The translations under genes and the position numbers were made by a program. Under the pieces are notes generated by a model. It was not told the origin of the DNA. It did not search any database and saw only the letters and a list, made by a program, of their open reading frames with translations. Of a stretch of 64,000 bases of DNA, positions 52,567 to 64,000 are shown piece after piece; within the stretch, counting starts at the first letter, position 1; every line of letters begins with the position of its first letter. The stretch covers positions 15,020,348 to 15,084,347 of the forward strand of contig NC_052165.1 in the NCBI RefSeq assembly GCF_902713615.1, in the 5' to 3' direction. This stretch comes from Scyliorhinus canicula (lineage: Eukaryota).

Positions 52567-53218
52567 GGGCGGGATTCGCCGACCCCCCCCACCGGGTCGG
52601 AGAATCCCCGGGGAGCAGCGCGAATCCCACCTCGACGCTGGCTGCCATATACTCCGGCGCCATTTTTTGGGCTGGGCAGGATTCACACCACGCTGGTTGG
52701 GGGCCGTTGGCTGCGCCCCCCCCTCCCCCCCCCCCCCCGGCAATTCTCCGGGCCCCGATGTGCCAAGCAGCCGTCCGTTTTTGGCCAGTCCCACCGACGT
52801 GAATCACTCAACTCACGTACTGGCGGGACCAGGCAGGTAAGTCGGCGGGGACGGTCCTCGGGGGAGGCGCGTGGGGATTCGACCCTGGAGGGGGACCCCC
52901 AGGGTGGCCTGGCCTGCGATCGGGGCCGGCCATTGCCGGCGCAGAGAAGAGAACCTCCCGCGCATGCACCAAAATGCACCGGCCGGTCTGCGCATGCGCG
53001 GAACCACGCAGGCGGTTCCGCGCGTGCATGAGATCACGCGGCCCTTTGGCGCATGCGTGAACTCGCACTGTCCTTCGCCGCCGGCTGGAGCGGCGCCAAC
53101 CCCTCCAGCATCCACCCAGCCTTCAAAAGTACGGAGAATTCCGCACTTTCGGGGTCTGTTGATGCCGGTTCTCCTGCCGGCATGGGGACGTAGTCCCCCA
53201 GAAGGGAGAATCCCGCTT
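52567..53218. mobile_element. GC-rich Harbinger-type MITE inserted in CR1 ORF2
   Basis: TIRs gggcgggattcgcc / ggagaatcccgctt; splits CR1 ILRD|RIYD; TSD degenerate. Confidence 0.85.
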
Positions 53219-53889
53219 AGGATTTATGATTATTTAGACAAACATAGTTTGATTAAAGATAGTCGGCATGGCTTTGTGAGAGGCAGGTCATGCCTCACAA
53301 ATCTCATTGAATTCTTTGATGATGTGACAAGAAGGTCGGGCAGTGGATGTGGTGTATATGGATTTCAGTAAGCCATTTGATAAGGTTCCCCATGGTAGGC
53401 TCATTCTGAAAGTTAGGGGGCATGGGATACAGGGGCTGTCTGGATACAGAATTGGCTGGCCGAAAGAAGACAGCGAGTGGTGGTGGATGGAAAGTATTCC
53501 GCCTGGAGGTCGGTGACCAGTGGTGTCCCGCAAGGATCTGTTCTGGGACCTCTGTTCTTTGTGGTTTTTGGATGAGGAAGTGGAAGGGTGGGTTAGTAAG
53601 TTTGCCAATGACACGAAGGTTGGGGGAGTTGTAGATAGTGTTGAGGGTTATTGCAGGTTACAACGGGGCATTGACAGGATGCAGAGCTGGGCTGAGAAGT
53701 GGCAGATGAAGTTCAACCTTGATAAATGTGAAGTGATTAATTTTGGAAGGTCGAATTTGAATGCTGAATACAGGGTTAAAGGCAGGATTCTTGGAAATGT
53801 GGAGGAACAGAGGGATCTTGGGGTCCACGTACATAGATCCTTCAAAGTTGCCACCCAGGTTGACAGGGTTGTTAAGAAGGCGTATATGG

Positions 53890-56719
53890 CTGTACACCTC
53901 AGAGCCCCCAACGGGGAAGGCTGGGATGAACCGGTTTCTTGACGGACTGGACATACCAGTTGTGGGAGAGGGCAGAAAACGGGATCTGGAAGCACCACTA
54001 GCACTGGGAGAGATCATGGAGAGCATTAGCTCCATGCAGGCGGGGAAGGCGCCGGGACCGGACGGATTCCCGGCGGACTTCTACAAAAAATTTGCGACAG
54101 CGCTGGCCCCGCACCTGCGGGAGATGTTCACAGACTCGCTAGCTAGGGGCACGTTGCCACCCACGTTAGCACAGGCCTCAATCTCGCTGATACCTAAGAA
54201 AGACAAAGACCCAACGGAATGTGGGTCATACAGACCCATATCTCTGCTGAATGCAGACGCCAAAATACTGGCCAAAATCCTAGCCAAGAGGCTAGAAGAC
54301 TGTGTACCTGAGGTGGTCACAGAGGACCAGACGGGCTTTGTCAAAGGTAGACAGCTTACCGCGAACATCAGGCGCCTGCTGAACGTGATAATGACCCCCT
54401 CCGGGGAGAGAACACAAGAGGTGATCGTCTCCCTGGACGCAGAAAAGGCCTTCGACAGAGTCGAGTGGAAATACCTCATAGAGGTACTGGAGCGGTTCGG
54501 GCTTGGAACAGGGTTCACCGCTTGGGTAAAGCTCCTGTACAACGCTCCCATGGCGAGTGTACAGACCAACAATACCAACTCCCAATACTTCCAGCTGCAC
54601 AGGGGCACCAGACAAGGATGCCCACTGTCCCCGCTGCTGTTCGCACTAGCAATTGAACCGCTAGCAATCGCGCTCAGGGCAGCAAAAAATTGGAGGGGGA
54701 TCCGAAGGGGAGGTAGAGAGCACAGAGTCTCACTCTATGCGGATGATCTGATCCTCTATATCTCGGACCCACAAAGCAGCATGGACGGAATCATCGCGCT
54801 CCTGAAAGAGTTTGGAGCCTTCTCGGGCTACAAACTCAACATGAGCAAAAGTGAGATCTTCCCAGTACACCCGCAGGGGGGGGGGGGGGGGGGGGGGGGG
54901 CAGCACTAAAGGGGCTGCCGTTCAATCAAGCCCGACATAAATTCCGCTACCTGGGGATCCAAATAGCCCATGACTGGAAAGGGATCCACAAATGGAACCT
55001 CACCAGCCTGACGGAGGAAGTTAAAAAGGACCTGCAAAGATGGAACACACTCCCGCTCTCCCTCGCGGGGAGAGTTCAGACGATCAAAATGAACGTACTG
55101 CCCAGGTTCCTCTTCCTGTTTAGATCCATTCCGATCTACATCCCCAAGGCCTTTTTCAAAGCGCTGGACAAACTCATCATGGCGTTCGTATGGGGTGGTA
55201 AAAATGCTAGGATCCCAAAGAAGGTCTTACAAAAAACAAAAACCAGGGGAGGGCTAGCCCTCCCGAATCTACAATTCTACCACTGGGCAGCAACAGCCGA
55301 GCGAGTAAGGGGATGGATCCAGGAGCCAGAGGCCGAGTGGGTGCGCGCGGAGGAGGCCTCCTGCATGGGAACCTCCCTCCGGTCCCTCGCCACGGCAGCA
55401 CTCCCATCCCCACCCAAAAAACACTCCAGCAGCCCAGTGGTGACAGCCACCCTCCAATCCTGGAACCAACTGCGGCAGCAACTTGGCCTGACCAAAATGT
55501 CGAACAGGGCTCCCATCTGCAACAACCATAGGTTCACACCAGCACTGACTGACGCCACCTTCAAAAGGTGGAGGCAGGACGGGGGGACACTGACAGTCAG
55601 GGACCTATACACGGACGACAGGATCGCAACACTGGACGAACTGACAGAGAAATTTCAGCTAGCTGGGGGGAACGAGCTACGGTACCTGCAGCTCAAAAAC
55701 TTCCTACGAAAGGAGACAAGGACGTACCCACAACCGCCACGACAGACACTACTGGAAGACCTACTGGACGCAAGTATCCTAGAGAAAGGGAACTGTAGTG
55801 ACATGTATGACCGACTGGTAGATAGGGACGACACCGTACTGGACGCAACAAGAAGGAAATGGGAGGACGACCTGGGGATGGAGATAGGGTGGGGACTCTG
55901 GAGCGAAGCACTGCATAGGGTCAACTCCACCTCCACGTGCGCAAGGCTCAGCCTGACGCAACTAAAAGTGGTACATAGAGCCCACTTAACAAGAACCCGT
56001 ATGAGTAGGTTCTTCCCGGAGGTGGAAGACAGATGTGAACGGTGCCAAAGAGGCCCGGCCAACCACGCCCACATGTTCTGGTCTTGCCCCAGACTCGTGG
56101 AGTACTGGACAGCCTTCTTCGAGGTTATGTCCAAAGTGGTGGGAGTGAGGGTGGAGCCATGCCCGATAGTGGCGGTCTTCGGGGTTTCAGAACAGCCAGA
56201 TCTATTCCTGGGGAGGAGGGCGGACGCCCTTGCCTTTGCCTCCCTGATCGCCCGCCGTAGAATCCTGTTTGGCTGGCAGTCAGCAGCACCGCCCAGAGCT
56301 GCGGACTGGCTGTCCGACCTCTCGGAATCTCTCCAAATGGAGAAAATCAAATTTGCCATCCGAGGGTCGGACGACGGCTTCCACAGAACGTGGGAGCCAT
56401 TCATGCAACTGTTCCGGGACCTATTTGTGGCCAATGTACAAGAGGAAGAATAGTCGGGGGAAGGTAGCGGGAGGGGGGGGGGCTACAGGTTCGGTACGGG
56501 GGTTCGATGGCTAGCTAAGGCCCAAAACCAAACTAAATAAACATGTTGAGGGGGGGGGGGGGGGGCGGGCGCAGTTACTACTACGAAGATGCTTACCTGT
56601 AAATATGTATGTTAATTTTTGCGTGTTTGTTTGTTTTTTTTGTTTTTTTTCTCTCCTAACAATTTGTAATTTGTTCAATATAAAATATGAAAACTGAATA
56701 AAAACATTTATAAAAAAAA
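53890..56719 (+). mobile_element. 5'-truncated young L1 with RT domain, CCHC, 3' UTR and poly-A
   Basis: KAPGPDGF, YRPISLLN, LDAEKAFD, RQGCPLSP, LYADD, YLG and CCHC motifs; only break is at the G25 run (54876-54900); TSD aagaaggcgtatatgg (53874-53889, 56720-56735). Confidence 0.96.
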
Positions 56720-58609
56720 AAGAAGGCGTATATGGTGTGTTGGCTTTCATGAACAGGGGGATTGAGTTTTAGAGCCGCAAAGTTTTGCTGCAGCTTTATA
56801 AAACCCTTGTTAGACCACACTTGGAAGATTGTGTCCAATTCTGGTCACCTCATTATAGGAAGGATGTGGATGCTTTGGAGAGGGTACAGAGGAGATTTAC
56901 CAGGATGCTGCCTGGACTGGAGGGCATGTCTTATGAAGAAAGGTTGAGGGAGCTAGGGCTTTTCTCACTGGAGCGAAGAAGGCAGAGAGGTGATTTGATA
57001 GAGGTGTACAAGGTGATGAGTGGCATGGATAGAGTGGATAGCCAGAGACTATTCCCCAGGGTGGAAATGGCTGTCACGAGGGGACATAATTTTAAGGTGA
57101 TTGGAGGAAGGTATAGGGGAGATGTCAGAGGTAGGTTCTTTACACAGAGAGTGGTGGGTGTGTGGAATGCACTGCCAGCAGAGGTGGTGGAATCAGAGTC
57201 ATTAGGGACATTTAAGTGACTCTTTGACAGGCACATGGACAGCAGTAAATTGAAGAGGTGCAGGTTAGGTTGATCTTAGATTAGAATAAATGGTCGGCAC
57301 AACATCGTGGGCTGAAGGGTCTGGACTGTGCTGTACTGTTCTATGTTCTATGTTCCTCCTGGATTCTGTGCAGCCTGGCAGACCAATGTCGTCGATCAAT
57401 ATGGACTATTCCATGGGTCAGAGAGGGGGATTCAGCAGTTCAAATTTGAACAGTTCTGCTGCGTATTTTGCATTGTGCGCCAGCATTCATTATCCTCCTT
57501 CACTTCAAGCATCCTTTCTGTTTGTCTTTCACTCTCTCTTTCTCTTCCACGTTTATCATTGCAGCGATTTAATCGAGTAGATCCCAGGATAGAAATTGCA
57601 AAAAGAAATTGTACAGGAGAGCCAGTTGGAGAGGTGCAGGAGGTTGGGGGAGTTGGGTTTACCGTAATGCTGGAATTTCCATCACGCGAGCTCTGGGCTG
57701 AAACCACCCCGACTCCAGTCACACAGCCGTCATTCCATCTCTGACATTTTTTTAAATAACTAATGAATGGAAATGTTGAAGGAAAATGGGGTAGAGGGGA
57801 TGTAAACACACTTTCTTTGAAGCTACCATGAGGTTTTCTCCTGGGTTTCCACTATCTGCGTGCCCAGGAGGTTAATCTTTAATTCTTGGAAACTCCAAGA
57901 TAACCTGGAGGATTGGCAACGCTAGCGTGAGCAGATGAATAAACCTACACCAGTCTCCATTAGAACCAGCTCTGGGTGCACATAAAAGCCCGGGTCCTAT
58001 GAGTCCAGTAGTGGTGAGAGCAGTTAGGCAGACATAGGGACAAAAATCTCACGGCAGAACAGGGCAAAATTATAGATTTCCTGCAGTGCAGAAGGAGGCC
58101 ATTCAGCCCATTGAGTTTTCAGCGACCCTCTGAAGCACCACCCCGCCCAGGCCCACTCCCCCACCCCATCCCAATTTCCCAACCCACCTGACCTGCACAT
58201 CTTTAGAAATGTGATCTGTTGGAGATAAATAACAAAAAGTTAAGCAACTGTGGTGAGTTATTTGCAAAAGGCAAATCTTTAAACCATTTACGATAGGAAT
58301 CGATGATAGCAGTGACTGAGCTGAGCTGAAGTTACTGCTTCATAGTGACACCAAGTGGGCAGAGTGTGGAACTGCAGGCAGACACAAGTTTGGCTTTTCA
58401 ATGGAAGCTGAAAAGAACAACTTTGATATGACTAATTGTCATAAAGGTGTCACAGCACCACTTACAGCTGTATTGCTGATCCAGGACTTTTCTCCTGGTA
58501 GAGGCAAGGGGTTGGAGAAATCATTGTTGGGGCAGTGTTGATCCTTACCTTGCCAATCTTACAACATCTACCACCATGATTCCATCCACTTCTCGACAGT
58601 TTTGTTTGG

Positions 58610-58705
58610 TTATTTCGCAACATTACTGAGCATATATGTGTGTGTGTGTGTACACATAATGAAATACATGGCTAAAGTATGAGTTGTATAATAAAGTATA
58701 AAATC
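58610..58705 (+). repeat. ~96-bp direct duplicate of the intron end preceding the last CPED1 exon
   Basis: Nearly identical to 59803-59902, including a (TG)n tract. Confidence 0.9.
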
Positions 58706-59070
58706 CTAGCCTCTGTGCCTACAGGTACTTTTGCCATAACTGCAATAGTAACATTAAATTTTGACCGAAGCACACTTTCCTGTGATGTCCGGTGGAGGAG
58801 GGGCATTGGAGTGGGTTGGAAGGTACCATTGTGGTGATAGGTTCTGGGATGTCAGATGATGCGAAAGCTGTTAAATGAGGTTTGAGAATTTCATCTGTGG
58901 CAGTTGGAGTTTATGACAGTGTCTCTCACCCCCTCACTGTAACGGTAATTTGCATTTCTCTGTCCCCAAGATATTTCACAGAAGCATCATCAGGCAAACT
59001 GAGCCACGTAAGGAGATATTGAGAAAAGCTTGGTCAATGGGGTATATTTTAAGGATTATCTTACAGGAGG

Positions 59071-59301
59071 TATTAAAACCCGCACGAGACCTATGGAGAC
59101 GGACCAATTAGCCTCCCGGTGAGCCTGGTAGAAATCGAGCTTCCCCGCTGACCGGCAGGAGCCCTTCAGCGGAATAATGGACTTTAGCACAAAAGCCGGC
59201 CCAAGTGGGGACCGTGCGTGGGTAGTCCCGGCTGGGACCTGGATTGTAATAAAATAAGTTTCTTTCCCCTTCTCGTTGTGGACTCCTCTGTGTCTACAAA
59301 A
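59071..59301 (+). mobile_element. Probable small solo LTR inside a minus-strand L2-like tail
   Basis: GGAGG on both sides (59066-59070, 59302-59306); internal AATAAA; termini degenerate. Confidence 0.5.
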
Positions 59302-59467
59302 GGAGGAAAAAAGAGGAAGAGGCTGAGGGAGGGAATCCCAGAAACCTTGGCCCTTGGCAGCTGAAGGCACCGCTCCCAATGATGGGGAGTGATTAAAATA
59401 GGAGATGCTCAGGGGACAAAATTGGGGACAGCTTCCTCATTCCTGCTGAGTGAGTGACGTTTGGATG

Positions 59468-59709
59468 TGTGGTGATCTACCACTGTATATATATGTGTTT
59501 GCCTGTATTAGGGGATGTACAGCAGTACCTGTATTACAGGTTTACCGGTAAGCCCCTGCCGGCTAGCTCCGCCCACAGGGAGCAGTATAAATATTCATGA
59601 GTTCCCCTGAGCTGCCATTCTACAGCTACAGCTGAAGGAATAACATCTCATGGTAATAAAGCCTCTCTTGTACCGATTCGAGTCTTTGTGTGCAATTGTT
59701 AGTGCATCA
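59468..59709 (+). mobile_element. Solo LTR (242 bp)
   Basis: TG...CA, 5-bp TSD GGATG, TATAAAT near 59586 and AATAAA near 59655. Confidence 0.85.
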
Positions 59710-59910
59710 GGATGCTCTCCTGATTATGAGCTGCCTTTTCCAGCAAATTCCAAGCCTGGCACTTGATGTACTCTTAGGAAGAAGCTGCAATTCATAGTTT
59801 GATTATTTCACAACATTACTGAGCATATGTGTGTGTGTGTGTGTGTGGACACATAATGAAATACATGGCTAAAGTATGAGTTGTATAATAAAGTATAAAA
59901 TCTTTAACAG

Positions 59911-60047
59911 CTTCGAGCATACTTTGAAAAATACTTTGGAGCAACTACTTCAGCACAGGCCTTTGAGAACATGAAGGAGCTCATTACGCAACTTTTATTA
60001 ATAGCTGAAGTAAACATTGAATCTTCCAGTCAAGGACCATCAGGAAC
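59911..60047 (+). CDS. CPED1: CPED1 coding exon (phase 0 in, phase 2 out): LRAYFEKYFGATTSAQAFENMKELITQLLLIAEVNIESSSQGPSG
   Basis: tctttaacag acceptor and AC|gtgagt donor. Matches recalled LQTFFETF...[20 protein letters not shown]. Confidence 0.92.
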
Positions 60048-61939
60048 GTGAGTAATCTAACAGCATCAACTGGAGCCTAATATCTGAATTTCTGTGATTG
60101 TTAGATTAAAGTTTAAAAACAATCTCCGACTATGCATTCTGTTAATTCTTTGAGTGACATGCGACAAGATGAAAGAATTTGACCATCTCTCTTCAGCCTG
60201 CAAATTGCTCTTGCTGGATGGGTAACGTTGATGGGATAATGTGCTGAATGTTCCATCGCTTTCCGAGTTACTGAATCGGGGTACTTCCTGTCCAGTGAGG
60301 AGAGTGCTTGCAATTACTCTAAAGTTTATAGATGGATGATGAGTTTGTGTCTTTATCAGATTACCGGTGTAAATCTGCTTGCAATGCTACACTTGGGGAA
60401 GTCTGGAATATTGCTGTCTTCATACATTGCACGTAGAATCCCCTAATCTCAGCAATTTGAAATGGGCATTAAAGGCCAACCAAGTTCTTATGTTGGGAAT
60501 CAAAACCTTCAGCAGCAGTTTTAATTTATTAGCCGTGGGAATTTTGTGTAGTGATCTCCAGTTACTTGATTTAATGGTGGAAGATGAAAAGTAATAAAGA
60601 GGACTTCCAATAGTGACAGGCGGTAACAGCTTCAGAATATATTGTGCTCATATTAAGCAGGAAGAGTTATGCTACTTGCTTGAAGAAGACCTGTAGTCAA
60701 TGATAAATGGCTGTCAAAGTGGCCACAGTCATGCCTTTTGAGTCCTTCCAGACAAATGCAGAGAACATCAGAGGTCGCGGCAAATGTGCCGCCCGTAGAT
60801 GCACCTGTGGTGGATCCAAGATTGAGCCTGCACGCCTTGAGGGTTCAACCAAAACATGGAGATTTATTTAGAAGATGTTAACCCTACAGGCTGCGATGTT
60901 AGACTGCCCGTTTGACAGGGCAAACAGCCGATGGAGATGATGTCACACAATCGTTCTCTTAAAAATAATAATAATCGCTCATTGTCACAAGTAGGCTTCA
61001 ATGAAGTTACTGTGAAAGCCCCTAATCGCCTGTTCAGGGAGGCCAGTATGGGAATTGATCCCACGCTGCTGGCCTTGTTCTGCATTACAAGCCAGCTGTT
61101 TAGCCCACTGTGCTAAACCAGCCCCTCTTCAGCAACAAAGCTGCTTGTGAGGCAGCAGTAAGAACATTCTGAAATCACAACATTTCCTCCCCCTTTAGAC
61201 CTGACACGATAAACAGTGTAGCATTAACAATCAATCAGCAATATGAACAACCAATCAATCAACAACAACAGTCAATACATCACACGTTCCGCAGGAACTT
61301 CGCTGTGTAGTTGTCGGCGAGCATCAAGTGCCTGTTTTTCAGTTCTTGCTGCAACCTGTGGTGGCTTTGGCTTGTGTAAGCATCGTCAGTGTCAACTTAA
61401 CCAGAGTCGAGGTAGTGATCGGAGGTCGAACCAAAAGTTGGTCCATCTGCCTTCTCCATATTACATAGTCTCGGATTTGTCCTGTGTCGGAGACCAGACC
61501 TGTCTGTACTAAGATTGTGGCAGGAATCCACTTTTTACTGGTGGTATGATTCCTTGCCAGAATTACATGACCCTGGAGAAAAACATGACGTTTTGCCTTG
61601 TTCTCCTGCTATATTACCTGATCCTGCTGCTTTTCCTTGACAATATCTCTTGTCTTGGGTGGATTTAGCAAATCAAATGCTGTGTGTAGTTGATGTTTAA
61701 TCATTAGAAATGCTGGAGGAACTTGGATTGTTGAGTGTGCTGTATTCCTGAAGGTGAGCCGGAATTGACTCAAATGTTTGAACGATGAACCTTGTTCTCT
61801 GGTACTGCTATGACTCCACAATCCTAAACATTTGCAACTAGTAAGACTGAGGGAAGACGACTAAACCATAGGAGTGATAACACTGACCAATAAACTTTGA
61901 TTTAAACACAGAATTAACCACATTAACAACACAGTAATA

Positions 61940-62304
61940 GCCTCCACGGTAGCCAGGCCTGTGATCAGGGCCCACCGATCGGCGGACGGACTAATTCCGG
62001 GGGGGCCTATGTTCCTCCGTGCCGGGCCCCTGTAGGGCTCCACCATATTGCCCGGGGGCCAGCACGGAGTCGTCAACCCACGCCCATGCACAGACCCGCG
62101 CCGGCCATGGCACGCATGCACGGAGCGCGCCGGCCGTAGCACGCCGGCTTTCGAGCGCCGGAGCAGTGGCAGCATCCGGCGCCGTACTAGCCCCCCGAGG
62201 AAGGGGTGAATGCCTGGGCCTGGAAGCCCGTTGACGCCGGAGTCGCTCGCGCCAGTTTTAAGGGCAGCGTCAACACTTGGCTGGGATTTCGGAGAATCCT
62301 GGCC
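61940..62304. mobile_element. Right half of a Harbinger-type MITE
   Basis: Right TIR ggagaatcctggcc; homologous to 19150-19501. Confidence 0.75.
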
Positions 62305-62590
62305 ATGAACTGCGGTCCATTATCACCCACCAGTTCAGGGTAACTGAAGCTGCTGAAGGTTTCACCCAATCTCTCAATTGTTTTCTCCAATGACGTTGAC
62401 TTCATGATGGAAACTTCTGGCTATTTCAAGTGAGTATCAACTAGCATGAGAAACATGAGCCATACAAAGTAATAAACATTTACTTGTCACCTGGCTTCTT
62501 CTGGCTATCCCCATGTGTACAATGGGCTAATGGTAGCAGGTCCTGCACTTTTTCACATTGCTGCCTTCTCCTCGATCTAACCCTGCCCAC

Positions 62591-63004
62591 TGTCATGCTG
62601 TGCAAACATGCAGATAATGATAAGCAGACAGGCACAGACAGGCAGCTAATGAACACAGAGAACAGGACATGACCAATAAGCAGGCAGGACACTCAGGGGT
62701 GGTATCTCACTATAAAAGGCACGAGGCACTCACACTCCGCCTCTTTCCACTGATGAACATCTACAGAGTGAGTCAGGGTGTATGTACAGTATCACACCTC
62801 CAGCACGTGGCTAAGAGCTAGTCTGGTTCAGTCAGATAGAGTAACCACACTTAGGTTAACAGAGAGTCGAACTCACAGGGAACTGTGCTAACTGTGCTGC
62901 TGGTTCATTAAATCAGATTGAACTAACTTCAAGGTCTGGAGTATCTTTTGGTTAAAGCTGCATCCAGTTGCAGCCTGTGTTATCCCAGAGTACATAACAT
63001 GACA
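62591..63004 (+). mobile_element. Solo LTR (414 bp) inserted in Gypsy pol
   Basis: tgtcatg...catgaca termini, 5-bp TSD CCCAC, TATAAAA at 62711, ATTAAA near 62907. Confidence 0.88.
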
Positions 63005-64000
63005 CCCACCAAAAATAGTTCTTGGCTTTTTCCTTCATCCTTATATGCTTGACTGAGGCCAATTTACCGAAGTGTTGGCCTCCAGCCAACCCAGTGAATA
63101 GGTCATCCATCAGGGGTAAAGGGTACTGTTCTGCACACATTAGAGGATTAATAGTGACTTTAACATCGCCATGAGTACATAAAGATGTGTTTCTTTTCTC
63201 ATCACTGGTATGATCGGTATGGCTTAATCACTCAGATTGACGGGTTCAAGGACTCCCGCTCTGACCAGCAATTCTAATTCCACCTCCATCTTCGGTCTGA
63301 TTGTGTACCGCTCTGACCGAGCCTTTAAGTATCTCGCCTGACTTCCTTCCTTGCTCTTCAACTTGACTGCTTCCAAAGCTCAGCATTGAAGCCTAGGACA
63401 TGTCTCTTCAAGGTTTTAGGTCGGCCTAATTCAGAATCTGTCATGTGATTTATCTCAACCCGATTTAATCTGATCTTTTCCATTCGTTTTTGCGGTGGAT
63501 TCAAAATCAGGTCCGCTGCCTCGGAGCTTCAACCAAAATGGAGAGCTTTATTTAGAAGATATAACACTTCAGGCTGCAACGTTAGGCTGCCCGTTTGTCC
63601 ACGGGAATGGTCGACGACGTCTTCGCAATCGTTCTCTTACAGGCCCCCTGTTCAGCTTGTGAGGAAACATTATGAATACACAACAGTATCAGACAGTTGA
63701 AGGAGGCGTGAAGCTTCACCATCCTTCTCATTGAATAGCCAGAGCACTGGAGCAAGGGCTGCCGAGTTCCGTTGCATTGATAGATATCCAAACATCCTGC
63801 AGCAAGTGATTGATGGAATCCATTTGAAATGAAATGAAATGAAAGTCGCTTACTGTCACAAGTAGGCTTCAAATGAAGTTACTGTGAAAAGCCCCTAGTC
63901 GCCACAGTACGGCGCCTGTTCGGGGAGGCTGGTACGGGAATTGAACCGTGCTGCTGGCCTGCCCTGGCCTGCTTTAAAAGCCAGCGATTTAGCCCAGTGT

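Larger units (their letters stand above)
49155..57355 (+). mobile_element. Near-full-length decayed CR1 LINE interrupted by a SINE, a T-rich insert, a MITE and an L1
   Basis: ORF1 ATG near 49959 with CGKC; SGNH-type esterase IAIGDSMVRG...VHIGTYDI; APE ITESW...DFNFPNIDW...SDHN; RT NYRPISLTS, FANDTK; C-terminus resumes at 56720; (gttctat)n tail. Confidence 0.92.
60806..63685 (-). mobile_element. Decayed Gypsy LTR retrotransposon with diverged LTRs (60806-61182, 63491-63685)
   Basis: LTR direct repeats; PPT complement at 61183-61196; minus-strand YPLPLMDDLFTGLAGG (RT) and YPELVGDNGPQF (integrase); degenerate TSD gcacc/gtatc. Confidence 0.75.

Noticed and set aside
53761-53889. N-terminus of the 382-aa RT ORF as a real start or CR1-L1 fusion protein
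   Set aside because: It is out-of-frame CR1 sequence upstream of the L1 TSD; the L1 is simply 5'-truncated.
60360-60600. Possible next CPED1 exon after ctttatcag
   Set aside because: The phase-2 frame hits a stop within three codons and the expected C..CFQLLTFD motif is absent.

Overview
This is a eukaryotic vertebrate window, very probably from a shark or other elasmobranch, judged from HE1/V-SINEs, esterase-ORF1 CR1 LINEs and DeuSINE-like relics. It lies inside one large gene on the + strand. Five phase-compatible AG/GT exons (18274-18377, 23773-23857, 42986-43124, 47794-47956, 59911-60047; 628 nt) splice into a stop-free peptide that I recognise from memory as an internal N-terminal-half portion of CPED1 (cadherin-like and PC-esterase domain protein 1). 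The start and the remaining exons were not found in the window. The introns are densely filled with nested transposable elements. These comprise two long decayed CR1 LINEs, three near-identical young L1 copies with 16-bp TSDs, about 20 SINEs, Gypsy relics and solo LTRs, Penelope/L2/other non-LTR fragments, and at least a dozen GC-rich PIF/Harbinger-type MITEs, plus a decayed Harbinger Myb/SANT gene. Nearly all GC-rich ORFs in the track are MITE artefacts. I see no prokaryotic-type system (CRISPR, operons). The most interesting material is the Harbinger/MITE system: a shared palindromic target (AnAY-NNN-RTnT) around variable 3-bp TSDs, CpG-rich internal NRF1/CRE-like palindromes, and one multi-hairpin MITE carrying a target-like site in a hairpin loop. 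TE boundaries without TSDs are approximate, and family names come from motif recognition, not database searches.
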